Shown: one piece after another, positions 10,672 to 20,156 of the stretch
Numbering within the stretch: the stretch's first letter is position 1
Layout of the letters: each line of letters opens with the position of its first letter
DNA from: an uncultured Clostridia bacterium
GTDB lineage: Bacteria > Bacillota > Clostridia > TANB77 > CAG-508
Assembly: GCA_944386675.1 (NCBI GenBank)
Contig: CALXBY010000005.1
Location: forward strand, 979-64,978
Direction: 5' to 3'
DNA: 64,000 nucleotides
Translations under genes and position numbers: made by a program
Notes under the pieces: model-generated
What the model was told of the DNA's origin: nothing
What the model saw: the letters and a program-made list of their open reading frames with translations, nothing else
Database searches by the model: none

Positions 10672-10938
10672 TTACTCTTTATGCTCGTGTATATGACTAT
10701 ATTTTAACTTTGTTGCCATCCCCCCTCTTATATGTCTCTCTGCTTTATTTTCATCTAAAATCTTTCTCACGTCACGTGCTAAACTTGGATTTATTTTTTT
10801 TAATCTCTCTGATACATCTTTATGTACAGTACTTTTGCTAATTCCAAATTTCTTTGCTGCACCTCTTACTGTATCTTTTGAATCTATGATATATTGTGCA
10901 AGTTTTGTTGCACGTTCTTCAATGGATATATCTTTCAT
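10672..10938 (-). CDS. spoIIID: sporulation transcriptional regulator SpoIIID
   Basis: 88 aa. TVRGAAKKFGISKSTVHKDVSERL is the HTH, followed by AERHIRGGMATK. Confidence 0.9.
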   Translation of the reverse strand: MKDISIEERATKLAQYIIDSKDTVRGAAKKFGISKSTVHKDVSERLKKINPSLARDVRKILDENKAERHIRGGMATKLKYSHIHEHKE

Positions 10939-11080
10939 TTTATTCTAACTCCTTCTATTTAGAATACTTTTGTTTAATTGTATTCTCATATTAGAATTGT
11001 TAGAACTGAATGATTTATAATAAAAAAAATGGACAATTTAAAATTTAGAATTTTATAATTATCCACTTTTGTATAAAATT

Positions 11081-11770
11081 TTACTTTATAATATTTTTAA
11101 TTACTTCTCCTGCTATTAGCATTCCTGCAACAGAAGGAACAAATGATATACTAGCAGGAATCCTTTTTTCTTCTTCATGTTTTATAGGTTCTTCTTTAGA
11201 ATATAGCACTTTTAAATTTGTTATTTTTCTTTTCTTTAATTCTTTTCTCATTACTTTTGCTAATGGGCATACTGATGTTTTATAAATATCTGTTATTTCA
11301 AATTTAGTTGCATCTAACTTATTTCCGGTTCCCATACAAGAAATTATTGGTACATTTTGTTTTTTCGCTCTCTCTATTAGTTTTAGTTTTGTGGTAATTG
11401 TATCCACTGCATCTACTACATAACTTACAGATGTATCTATCAAATTTTCCTCTTCTAATTGTATGTTTTTTGGCACATAAGTTTCTACCACTACATTTGG
11501 ATTAATATCTAAAATTCTTTCTTTCATACAGTCAACTTTTAATCTACCAATATTCGGAATAGTAGCATGTATTTGCCTATTTAAATTACTAGGAGATATC
11601 ACATCATTATCAACTATTATAATATGCTCCACGCCCGCTCGAACAAGTCCTTCTACTACAAATGAACCTACACCACCAATTCCATATACGATTATTTTTG
11701 CTTTAGCTAATTTTTTTAAACTTTCTGCTCCTATTAATAATTCTGTTCTTGAATTCCATTTTTCTTCCAT
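11081..11770 (-). CDS. tcdA: tRNA threonylcarbamoyladenosine dehydratase (ThiF/E1-like)
   Basis: 229 aa. RTELLIG..., VYGIGGVGSFVVEGLVRAGV..IIIVDNDVISPSNLNRQ. Confidence 0.8.
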   Translation of the reverse strand: MEEKWNSRTELLIGAESLKKLAKAKIIVYGIGGVGSFVVEGLVRAGVEHIIIVDNDVISPSNLNRQIHATIPNIGRLKVDCMKERILDINPNVVVETYVPKNIQLEEENLIDTSVSYVVDAVDTITTKLKLIERAKKQNVPIISCMGTGNKLDATKFEITDIYKTSVCPLAKVMRKELKKRKITNLKVLYSKEEPIKHEEEKRIPASISFVPSVAGMLIAGEVIKNIIK

Positions 11771-11792
11771 TTAATTTCTTTCCTATCATTCT

Positions 11793-12641
11793 TTACATTT
11801 TTCTAACTAAATCATATAATGCTTTTCCATTCTCAATTTGTACTTCTATTTTTCTTAATTTTTTTGGTATATATAGATAAAATCTAGTTCCTTCATTTTC
11901 TATTTCAATTTCTAATTTATAATTAAACAGTCCTTCTTTACCTTTTTTTACTGATAGTTCATCTATTTCTAATATAAAGCCTTTTTCTATATATTCCTTA
12001 CTTTTTTGAATAATTTCATAAAAACGTATATCTTTATCATCAAAACATATTATATATTTTGATGCCTCTTTGTTTTTCCATAGTATATATTCTTTTTTAA
12101 TTGGTTTTACTTTTCCTAATAAGAATTTATTTGTATCTACTTTATTAATTTTCAAAAATTCTTTTATATTCTCTGTGTTGAATTTTTCAAACTCATATTT
12201 TCTAGTCTTTTGCTCTTTTTTGAAAAAGTCTTCTTTCTCCTCTTCCTTATATTCTATTTTAATTTTCTCTATTTTCTTTTTATTAACAACACAAGCAATA
12301 ATAGCTCCTATCATAAATGTTAAAAATAATATAATATTAAATTTTAGATTAAAAAAGTATATTGCTAAATACAAAATGCCATTTACTATATAAAATATTG
12401 TTTTATAATCATTTTTTAAAAGTATTATTTTATTTTTCTTTGTTTGATGTAAAGCTACAATTCCTCCTAATAATGGTGCTAGTAGAAGCACTAATAGCGT
12501 TGGGAACATAGCTAACCTTGAAAATGCTATTACTACTATTGCCAATAGCATAAATAATTCTGAATAAAAAACTAATGAAATACCATATGTTATAAAAAAT
12601 CTTTTTTGTGAAATTTCTTTCATTTTTCTCTCCTTAATCAA
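11793..12641 (-). CDS. hypothetical membrane protein (about 4 N-terminal TM helices plus a soluble C-domain)
   Basis: 282-aa ORF with hydrophobic helices in residues about 15-125. No motif recognised. Confidence 0.6.
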   Translation of the reverse strand: MIKERKMKEISQKRFFITYGISLVFYSELFMLLAIVVIAFSRLAMFPTLLVLLLAPLLGGIVALHQTKKNKIILLKNDYKTIFYIVNGILYLAIYFFNLKFNIILFLTFMIGAIIACVVNKKKIEKIKIEYKEEEKEDFFKKEQKTRKYEFEKFNTENIKEFLKINKVDTNKFLLGKVKPIKKEYILWKNKEASKYIICFDDKDIRFYEIIQKSKEYIEKGFILEIDELSVKKGKEGLFNYKLEIEIENEGTRFYLYIPKKLRKIEVQIENGKALYDLVRKM

Positions 12642-12874
12642 ATTTTTAATTATTCTATACTATTATAGCTTTTTTGTAAATAAATTTCTAGTCCTTTCGC
12701 ACTTTAGTTTAAATTTTTCGTGCTAGTTAACTTCTATTATATTTTATTTATGTTAAATTACAGCATAAATCCTCAAAGTAAATCTATCTGTCAGAGCTTA
12801 AATAGCATCAATCTTGATTATTCTTCCTTACTATTATATAATATTGTTATTCATATATTTTTAAGGAGTTTTCT

Positions 12875-14479
12875 ATGTTAAGAATTCATAATATAAAAAT
12901 TAGAAAAAATATATCTGATGAAGAATTAATATCTTTTGTAATTGCTAAATATCATATTATAAAATCAGATATTATAAAATGGAATATATTTAAAAAGTCA
13001 ATTGATGCAAGAAAGAAAACAGATATCTTTTTTAATTACACAATTGATATTGAAGTAAAAGATGAATCTAAATATCCTCAGATTAATAAGATAAAACCTA
13101 TTGATATTGAAGAAATAATTAAAGGTAATATTAATATTTCAGTTTTACACTCTTTACAATCTGAACCTTCTCCTGTAATTGTTGGAGCTGGTCCTGCAGG
13201 ATTATTTTGTGCTTTAACATTTATTCAAAATGGTATATCACCTATTATTATTGAGCAAGGAAAAACCGTTGATGAAAGAAAAAAAGATGTTGACAACTTT
13301 TTATATCATAAGAAATTGAATATATTTTCAAATGTTCAATTTGGTGAAGGTGGTGCTGGTACTTTTTCAGATGGAAAATTGACAACTGGTATTCATAATC
13401 CTTTATGCCAGAAAGTTTTAAAAGAATTTGTTAATTTTGGTGCACCTGAAGAAATTTTATATTTAGCCAAACCACACATTGGTACAGATAACTTAATCCA
13501 TATTATAAAAAATATTAGAAATTATATTCTTTCTAAAGGTGGAAAATTTTATTTTAATACAAAATTTGTAGATTTTACAATCAAAAATAATAAAATACAT
13601 TCTGTATCTTTAAAAGATTTATCTACAAATGATACTTTTGAAATATCAACAAATAAACTTATTTTAGCAATTGGTCATAGCTCTAGAGATACATTTGAAT
13701 TACTATATAAAAATGGTGTTACTATGGAAAAGAAGAATTTTTCTGTTGGTGTTAGAATAGAACATCTTCAAGAAGAAATTAATAAAGCACAATATGGTAC
13801 CCATCCTAAATTAAAATTACCTCCTGCTGAATATAAGCTAGCTTATCATTCTCCTTCTGGCCGTTCTTGTTATACATTTTGTATGTGTCCTGGTGGAACA
13901 GTCATTGCTTCTTCTAGTGAAGAAAATACAATTGTTACAAATGGTATGAGTAATTATTTAAGAAATGGAAATAATGCCAATTCTGCATTACTTGTAAATG
14001 TAGGTCCTGAAGATTTTACAGATTCTTCTCCTTTAGCTGGTATTTATTTTCAAAAAAATTTAGAAAAAAAAGCCTTCATTTTAGGTGGTTCTAATTACCA
14101 TGCTCCCATTCAAAAAGTAGATGATTTTTTAAATAATCGAAAATCTTCTTCGATTGGAACTGTCATTCCTACTTATTTACCTGGAACTACTTTATCTAAC
14201 TTAAATGAGCTTTTCCCTCAATTTGTTTCTTCTACATTAAAGGAAGGATTAATCTATTTTGATAAGAAATTACATGGATTTGCAAACCCAGATAGTATTT
14301 TAACTGGTGTTGAATCTAGAAGTTCCTCACCTGTTAAAATTCCTAGAAATATTAATTTTGTATCTAATGTAGAAGGAATTTATCCTTGTGGAGAAGGTGC
14401 TGGATATGCAGGTGGAATTATGTCTGCTGCTGTTGATGGAATTAAAACAAGTTTAACAATTTTAGGGACTAATACATAG
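12875..14479 (+). CDS. FAD-dependent oxidoreductase (COG2509-type NAD(FAD)-utilising dehydrogenase)
   Basis: 534 aa. VIVGAGPAGLFCAL is a dinucleotide-binding motif. GEGGAGTFSDGKL and CGEGAGYAGGI are also present. Confidence 0.8.
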   Translation: MLRIHNIKIRKNISDEELISFVIAKYHIIKSDIIKWNIFKKSIDARKKTDIFFNYTIDIEVKDESKYPQINKIKPIDIEEIIKGNINISVLHSLQSEPSPVIVGAGPAGLFCALTFIQNGISPIIIEQGKTVDERKKDVDNFLYHKKLNIFSNVQFGEGGAGTFSDGKLTTGIHNPLCQKVLKEFVNFGAPEEILYLAKPHIGTDNLIHIIKNIRNYILSKGGKFYFNTKFVDFTIKNNKIHSVSLKDLSTNDTFEISTNKLILAIGHSSRDTFELLYKNGVTMEKKNFSVGVRIEHLQEEINKAQYGTHPKLKLPPAEYKLAYHSPSGRSCYTFCMCPGGTVIASSSEENTIVTNGMSNYLRNGNNANSALLVNVGPEDFTDSSPLAGIYFQKNLEKKAFILGGSNYHAPIQKVDDFLNNRKSSSIGTVIPTYLPGTTLSNLNELFPQFVSSTLKEGLIYFDKKLHGFANPDSILTGVESRSSSPVKIPRNINFVSNVEGIYPCGEGAGYAGGIMSAAVDGIKTSLTILGTNT

Positions 14480-14482
14480 TCC

Positions 14483-15625
14483 CTATTTTTCTTCTATATT
14501 ATGGATAATATTTACTAAATTTTCTACTAAATATTTCACATCTTCCTTCGTATTTTCATCACCAAATGTTACTCTTAAAGCTCCTTCCTCATATTCTTTT
14601 GTCAAACCAATAGCTGTTAAAACATGTGATGGCATACTACTTCCTGAAGAACAAGCACTTCCACTAGATGCACATATTCCTTTTTCATCTAACTTCATTA
14701 ATAATTCACTGCCATTGATATTTTTAAAAGATATATTACTATTTCCTGGTAATCGCTGTTCTATAGAACCATTTATTTTAATATTAAGATCTGTTTTGGC
14801 AATTTCAGAAAAAAAGTAATTTCTTAATTCTTTTAATCTTTCTATATGATGTTTCAATGTATTTTTAGCTATCTTACAAGCTTCCCCTAGTCCCACAATT
14901 TCTGCTACATTTTCAGTTCCTGCTCGTTTATCTCTTTCTTGATGTCCTCCATCCATAAAATTTTTAAATTCTATATCTTTATTTACATATAATGCTCCTA
15001 TTCCCTTTGGAGCTCCTATTTTGTGTCCTGATAAAGATAACATATCAATTTTCATTTTTTTTACATCTATTTCTAAATTACCACAAGCTTGCACAGCATC
15101 TGTATGAAAAATAATGTGTTTTTCATAAGCAATTTTTCCGATTTCTTCTATAGGCTGAATTGAACCTATTTCATTATTTGCAAACATGATGCTAATTAAT
15201 TTTGTATCACTTGTTATAGAATTTCTTAGTTCTTCCATATTAATGATTCCTTCTGTATTTACATTTAAATACGTAACTTTTATACCTTCTCCTTCCAAAG
15301 TTTTACATGTATTTAATATAGCTGGATGTTCAATTTTAGAAGTTATCATATGTTTTCCTTTGTTTTTTTCTAAAGTCATTATTCCTTTTAATGCAGTATT
15401 GTCACTTTCTGTTCCACAACCAGTAAAATAAACCTCATTTTTTTCACAACCAATTAAATTTGCAACATTTTGTCTTGCTTCTTCTACTGCGGCTCTTGCT
15501 CTTCTTCCTATTGTATATAATGAAGATGGATTTCCATATTCTTGGGTAAGATAGGGAAACATTTTTTCCAATACTTCTTTTTTTATTTTTGTCGTTGCAG
15601 CATTATCAAAATATCTTATTTTCAC
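14483..15625 (-). CDS. nifS: cysteine desulfurase (NifS/IscS class V aminotransferase)
   Basis: 380 aa. YFDNAATT, SGHKIGAPKGIGALYV (PLP lysine) and SSGSACSSG (active-site Cys loop). Confidence 0.88.
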   Translation of the reverse strand: MKIRYFDNAATTKIKKEVLEKMFPYLTQEYGNPSSLYTIGRRARAAVEEARQNVANLIGCEKNEVYFTGCGTESDNTALKGIMTLEKNKGKHMITSKIEHPAILNTCKTLEGEGIKVTYLNVNTEGIINMEELRNSITSDTKLISIMFANNEIGSIQPIEEIGKIAYEKHIIFHTDAVQACGNLEIDVKKMKIDMLSLSGHKIGAPKGIGALYVNKDIEFKNFMDGGHQERDKRAGTENVAEIVGLGEACKIAKNTLKHHIERLKELRNYFFSEIAKTDLNIKINGSIEQRLPGNSNISFKNINGSELLMKLDEKGICASSGSACSSGSSMPSHVLTAIGLTKEYEEGALRVTFGDENTKEDVKYLVENLVNIIHNIEEK

Positions 15626-15681
15626 TATTTATCCCATTCCTTTCTTGAGTATATAAATTTATTTGCTTACCATATTTTATG

Positions 15682-16536
15682 CTACTTTTCTTGAATTATT
15701 TCTTTAATTTTATCTATCTCTTTCATTGTTGCAATATATCCATATTGGTAACAACTATCTACTTTTTTTATATCTAATAATCCTGTTTTATCTGTAGTAA
15801 TTGTTACTATATAATCACTTTGTTTTAGATTTTCTTCTGCTATTTTATTTCCCATTAAATCAATTGTTCTCATCGCTATATCCATATAATTACTATCTTG
15901 TGTTATTTCATCTGCTTTAAAATTGACTGCTAATACTTTATCTATTCCTTGTTTTTTTACTTCTATAACTGGCACATTATCCAATGCTCCACCATCTAAA
16001 AATTTATGTTCTTTAAAATCACATGGATAAAACACAGCAGGAAAGCTACTCGTCGCTCTTAAAGCTTTTCCTATACTTATGTCCATTATATATTTTCCAT
16101 AAGCATTTTTTTCATGCGGCATATGATTAGTAAATATATACTCTTTTCCATTCTTGATATCTACTGCTGGTATTGATATAGGCATTTTTGTTATTTGAGA
16201 AATTTTTGTTACACCTTTTTGCTTTGCTAATGCATCAAACAGTTCCTCTATATTTTCTCCTTTTCTAAAACCTGCATTTTCTTTTCTTAATATATGACTT
16301 ATTGGCGCAATAATGGAATTTTTTCCTGTTCCTATTATATTTTTTGCATATTTTTTAAACAATTCATAAATATTTTCTGGTGAATACCCTAAAGCATATA
16401 ATCCTGCAATTAATGCTCCTGAACTTGTTCCTCCTATTGCATCTATTTTTATATTATTTTCTTCTAAAGCCTTTAAAACGCCTGCATGTGCAATTCCTCG
16501 TATTCCTCCCCCTGATAAAGCTATCCCTAATTTCAC
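15682..16536 (-). CDS. patatin-like phospholipase
   Basis: 284 aa. GIALSGGGIRGIAHAGV (oxyanion GGxR), GTSSGA (GxSxG) and DGGALDN (catalytic Asp). Confidence 0.88.
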   Translation of the reverse strand: MKLGIALSGGGIRGIAHAGVLKALEENNIKIDAIGGTSSGALIAGLYALGYSPENIYELFKKYAKNIIGTGKNSIIAPISHILRKENAGFRKGENIEELFDALAKQKGVTKISQITKMPISIPAVDIKNGKEYIFTNHMPHEKNAYGKYIMDISIGKALRATSSFPAVFYPCDFKEHKFLDGGALDNVPVIEVKKQGIDKVLAVNFKADEITQDSNYMDIAMRTIDLMGNKIAEENLKQSDYIVTITTDKTGLLDIKKVDSCYQYGYIATMKEIDKIKEIIQEK

Positions 16537-16688
16537 ATTTTCACCTTTTCTTTTTTAATTTTATATAGTATTTACAGTTTGAGCAATTTTTAATCAATTA
16601 ATTAATTTTAAAAATATGCCATATCATATTTTTAAATGTTTTGTTTTTTTGTTGAATAGGAAAAACTTAATTTTTTCTATTCAACAAA

Positions 16689-16716
16689 AAAATAGATTCA
16701 AAATTGAATCTATTTT
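16689..16716 (-). terminator. intrinsic terminator after the WG-repeat gene
   Basis: AATAGATTCAA / TTGAATCTATT stem followed by a T-run on the minus strand. A second hairpin lies at 16651-16685. Confidence 0.7.
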
Positions 16717-18455
16717 TATTTTGTATAATAAAATTCTCCAAACCCATATTCAACTTTATAATATTCTTTTATAAACTCAGGTTCAGTTTGGACATTAAAT
16801 GTATAAGTTGGTTCTAGAATAATTTCACCCTTTTCATTGACAACTCCCCATTTTTCGCCTAATTTTATACCAGCATATCCATATGAATTTACATCTGTTG
16901 CTTTGTCATATATATAGTCTACAACAACATTTCCTGATTTATCTACAAATCCCCATTTGCCATTTTGTGATTTTGCATAAATTTGATTATTAGATAAAAC
17001 TTCTGTATTTTTCTTTTCATTTCCTTCTAAATCAAAATATTTTGTATCTGTAGCATTATATATTTTTACAAAATCTTCTTTTGTATTAATTACTGCATTT
17101 TCCATCTCACATATTTTATCTAATTGTTTATTATATAATTGTGTTGTATTATTTTCAGTTAATCTTGTTACTATAAGATCAGTTCCTTCCACATCTTCTA
17201 TAGAATCATATTGTATTTCTATTATTGGTTCTTCCTTTATATTAATAACACCTAATTTTCCTCCAGTTACTGATACAATAAAATAGTCATCATACAAATA
17301 TTCTATATATGAATAATTAGCTGATGTTAATTGATTTCCATCTTTGTCAATAATACTATATGCTGAGCCTTGGGAATTATCAATTTTTATTTTATAGTTT
17401 TCATTTTCTGTTTCTAGTATATATACATTACTGTCTATATCTGCTTTTGTTCCATCTTCTTTATATACTTGTATTTCTTGACTTTCCTTACTTGCATATA
17501 TATACATTCCTGTACTATCAATTTGTGTGAATTCTACTGGTATAATGATATCTCCATCAATTGTAGATACCCCAAATTTTTTTGTTTTTTCTAGTATTAA
17601 TGTATTATTATCTGTATTATATGATATTGATTGATATTCATTATTTATAATTTGTTCATTATTTTTAAATACACCATATTGTCCATTTTGTGCAGCCATC
17701 AAATAGATATTATCTTTATCTTGAACATCAATAATTCTCGAAACTTCTGTATATTGTGGCTCTAATATCATATTTCCATTAACATCTATATATCCATAGC
17801 GATAGCCATCTTCTGTTGTATTTGATACAATATATCCTGCATTTTTATACCCATCCTCTTCTGTCGTATAATTATCTGCTGTTATTTGATCATATTCTGG
17901 TTCTACTAAGTTATTTCCTTTGTTATTGATAACACCATATTTTCCTTCTAATTTTACTAATAACTCTCCCTCTTTATATGGTAATCCCTCTATTGACTCA
18001 TATATTGGATTTGCTACAACCTTTCCTTCAAGATTTATTAATCCAATTTTACCATCTTTTTCAAATGTTAATATGTTTTTTTCATACATAATATTACTTG
18101 CTATATTTCTTAGTTTAATTGGTTCAATCTTTTCATATTCTGTTAATATTTGTTCCTTGCTCTGATTAAATACCTTTGTGTCCATATTTTCATCATAGCA
18201 AACAAAAACTGCCTTTTGTGGGTTTGGAATAATCACATTTTCATATTCACAATCTATAACTGTTTCTCCATTTTTGTTAATAACACCATAATTATCATTT
18301 TGTCTTACTATAAAATACTCATAGTTTTCAATGCTAATTTTTTCTACTTCATATTCTCTACCTTGCTTTATTAGTTGCTTATATATAAACCATCCTGCTA
18401 TTGCCATTATAATTAATATAATTATTATTAATATGACTATATATTTCTTCTTCAT
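16716..18455 (-). CDS. WG-repeat (KWG-like) protein with N-terminal membrane anchor
   Basis: 579 aa. Repeated Y/KYGVIN..G..V.EP.Y. units (for example GKWGFVDKSGNVV, EKWGVVNEKGEII). N-terminal TM helix. Confidence 0.8.
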   Translation of the reverse strand: MKKKYIVILIIIILIIMAIAGWFIYKQLIKQGREYEVEKISIENYEYFIVRQNDNYGVINKNGETVIDCEYENVIIPNPQKAVFVCYDENMDTKVFNQSKEQILTEYEKIEPIKLRNIASNIMYEKNILTFEKDGKIGLINLEGKVVANPIYESIEGLPYKEGELLVKLEGKYGVINNKGNNLVEPEYDQITADNYTTEEDGYKNAGYIVSNTTEDGYRYGYIDVNGNMILEPQYTEVSRIIDVQDKDNIYLMAAQNGQYGVFKNNEQIINNEYQSISYNTDNNTLILEKTKKFGVSTIDGDIIIPVEFTQIDSTGMYIYASKESQEIQVYKEDGTKADIDSNVYILETENENYKIKIDNSQGSAYSIIDKDGNQLTSANYSYIEYLYDDYFIVSVTGGKLGVINIKEEPIIEIQYDSIEDVEGTDLIVTRLTENNTTQLYNKQLDKICEMENAVINTKEDFVKIYNATDTKYFDLEGNEKKNTEVLSNNQIYAKSQNGKWGFVDKSGNVVVDYIYDKATDVNSYGYAGIKLGEKWGVVNEKGEIILEPTYTFNVQTEPEFIKEYYKVEYGFGEFYYTK

Positions 18456-18469
18456 ATAAATTCCCTACC

Positions 18470-19798
18470 TTATTCTTCATTTTCTGTTTCTTCTTCAGTC
18501 TCTAATATATTATTTTTACACGCTTTTACTTTTAATATTCTTTTATCTTCATATTCTTCTATTTTATAGGTTACTTTTTTAGTTTCTACTACTGGTTTTT
18601 CTTCATCTTCTGGAATTCTTCCCAACTCTTCTTGCAAAAAGCCTGATATGGTATCATAATCTCCTTCTGGAATATCTGCATCTAATAATTTATTAACATC
18701 ATAAATTGGTAAGCTTCCTGCTAACATATATGTGTTATCGTCAATTTTTTCGTATTCTTTTTCTTCTTTATCATATTCATCATATATGTCACCTACAAGC
18801 TCTTCTAATATGTCTTCCATAGTAACTAATCCAGCTGTTCCACCATATTCATCTACGATAATTGCAATTTGCATTTTATTTTTTTGTAATTCTTTAAATA
18901 CTTCATTAATCAATCGGTTTTGTGATATAAAGTATGCTTCTTTTACTACATTTTTTACTTTAAAGCTTTTTTTATTAATATTTTTTAATACATCTTTTAC
19001 ATATAGTATTCCTTTTATTTCGTCAATTGTTTCATCATATACAGGTATTCTACTATATCGATACTCTTCTTTTGATAACTCATCTAACAATTCTTCGGTA
19101 CTAATACTAATATCTACTGCAAATATATCTTTTCTATGTCTCATAATTTCAGATACAGTGATATCATTAAATTCAAAAACATTATTAATTAATTCTTTTT
19201 CTTCTTCTTTTATTGTTCCCTTTTCTTCCCCTTGGTTTACCATCATTTTTATTTCTTCTTCTGTTACAGTTTCTTCTTCATTTTCTCCAACACCAAATAA
19301 TTTTGATATTCCATTTGTTACAACAGTTAATAACTTTACAAATGGTGCTGTTACAATTGAAATTCCTCTAATTACGCCTATTGTTGCAAATGCTATTTTC
19401 TCATAATGCTTCATTGCTAATCGTTTTGGTACTAATTCTCCAAAAACCAATGTAAAGAATGATAAGATAATGGTTATAATAATGATTGATATACTTTTCC
19501 ATACACCTACACTAATTGTTGGTATTAAATTATTTAGCATTGGTGCTAACATATCTGCAAATGTTTCTGATGCAAAAGCACTTGATAAAAATCCAGCAAG
19601 TGTAATTCCTATTTGTATTGTTGCTAAAAATTTACTTGGTTCTTTTAACATTTTTTCTATTTGTTTTGCCTTTTTATTTCCTTCTTTTGCTTGTTTTTCT
19701 ATTTTTGCATCATTTAAAGATATAAATGCAATTTCACTTGCCGCAAAATATGCATTTAGTAAAATTAAGATAATTAATACAATTAACTGCGAAAACAT
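18470..19798 (-). CDS. CNNM/TlyC-family (DUF21-CBS-CorC) membrane protein
   Basis: 442 aa. DUF21 N-terminus (LLNAYFAASEIAFISL), a CBS pair, and a CorC_HlyC-like C-terminus. Confidence 0.85.
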   Translation of the reverse strand: MFSQLIVLIILILLNAYFAASEIAFISLNDAKIEKQAKEGNKKAKQIEKMLKEPSKFLATIQIGITLAGFLSSAFASETFADMLAPMLNNLIPTISVGVWKSISIIIITIILSFFTLVFGELVPKRLAMKHYEKIAFATIGVIRGISIVTAPFVKLLTVVTNGISKLFGVGENEEETVTEEEIKMMVNQGEEKGTIKEEEKELINNVFEFNDITVSEIMRHRKDIFAVDISISTEELLDELSKEEYRYSRIPVYDETIDEIKGILYVKDVLKNINKKSFKVKNVVKEAYFISQNRLINEVFKELQKNKMQIAIIVDEYGGTAGLVTMEDILEELVGDIYDEYDKEEKEYEKIDDNTYMLAGSLPIYDVNKLLDADIPEGDYDTISGFLQEELGRIPEDEEKPVVETKKVTYKIEEYEDKRILKVKACKNNILETEEETENEE

Positions 19799-19838
19799 GA
19801 ATAATACGCTCCCTTTTAACTTATTATATTTCTTTTAT

Positions 19839-19867
19839 ATTCTATCAAAATTTAAATTTATATTCAA
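19839..19867 (-). promoter_or_regulatory. sigma-A type promoter for the CNNM gene
   Basis: On the minus strand: TTGAAT (19867-19862), 17-nt spacer, TAGAAT (19844-19839). A GGGAG RBS follows, then the ATG at 19798. Confidence 0.5.
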
Positions 19868-19905
19868 TAGTTTTAAATTGTAATTTATATAATCCAATTC
19901 TATTT

Positions 19906-20093
19906 GTGGCTGCTCAAGTGTCTTAAGTACATGCTTATTATTTTGAAACACCGCGTAAGCGACCAAACGAACGGAAGTGAGTGCGATTGGAACAACCTTC
20001 TTTCGTTGAAAGATAAATCTTTCAACATCTATGGTTGTGACACACAAGGTATAAAAAATAATAAACATGTACTTAAGACACTTGAGCAGTCAC
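19906..20093. repeat. inverted-repeat-bounded element (35-bp IRs, 34/35 match) enclosing a 110-bp GC-richer core; candidate inverton, MITE or structured RNA
   Basis: CTGCTCAAGTGTCTTAAGTACATGCTTATTATTTT (19910-19944) is the reverse complement of 20055-20089 with one mismatch. The core holds the perfect hairpin GTTGAAAGAT-AA-ATCTTTCAAC and ACAACC/GGTTGT pairing. Confidence 0.85.
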
Positions 20094-20110
20094 TTTTATT
20101 TGACTATATA

Positions 20111-20148
20111 AAAACTACTGAAAAAATATACATTTTCTCAGTAGTTTT
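20111..20148 (-). terminator. hairpin terminator after the adhesin gene
   Basis: AAAACTACTGA (20111-20121) pairs with TCAGTAGTTTT (20138-20148), with A/T runs on both sides. Confidence 0.7.
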
Positions 20149-20156
20149 ATTTTTCA

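Noticed and set aside
18732-19406. Long antisense ORFs in the six-frame track that overlap well-supported genes. Examples: 18732..19406, 8485..8946, 30826..31263, 31494..31967, 45145..45501, 19470..19883, 270..719.
   Set aside because: They lie opposite genes with clear family signatures. Their translations are low-complexity (S/F/L/I-rich), as expected from reading AT-rich coding DNA in reverse. They lack RBS signals.
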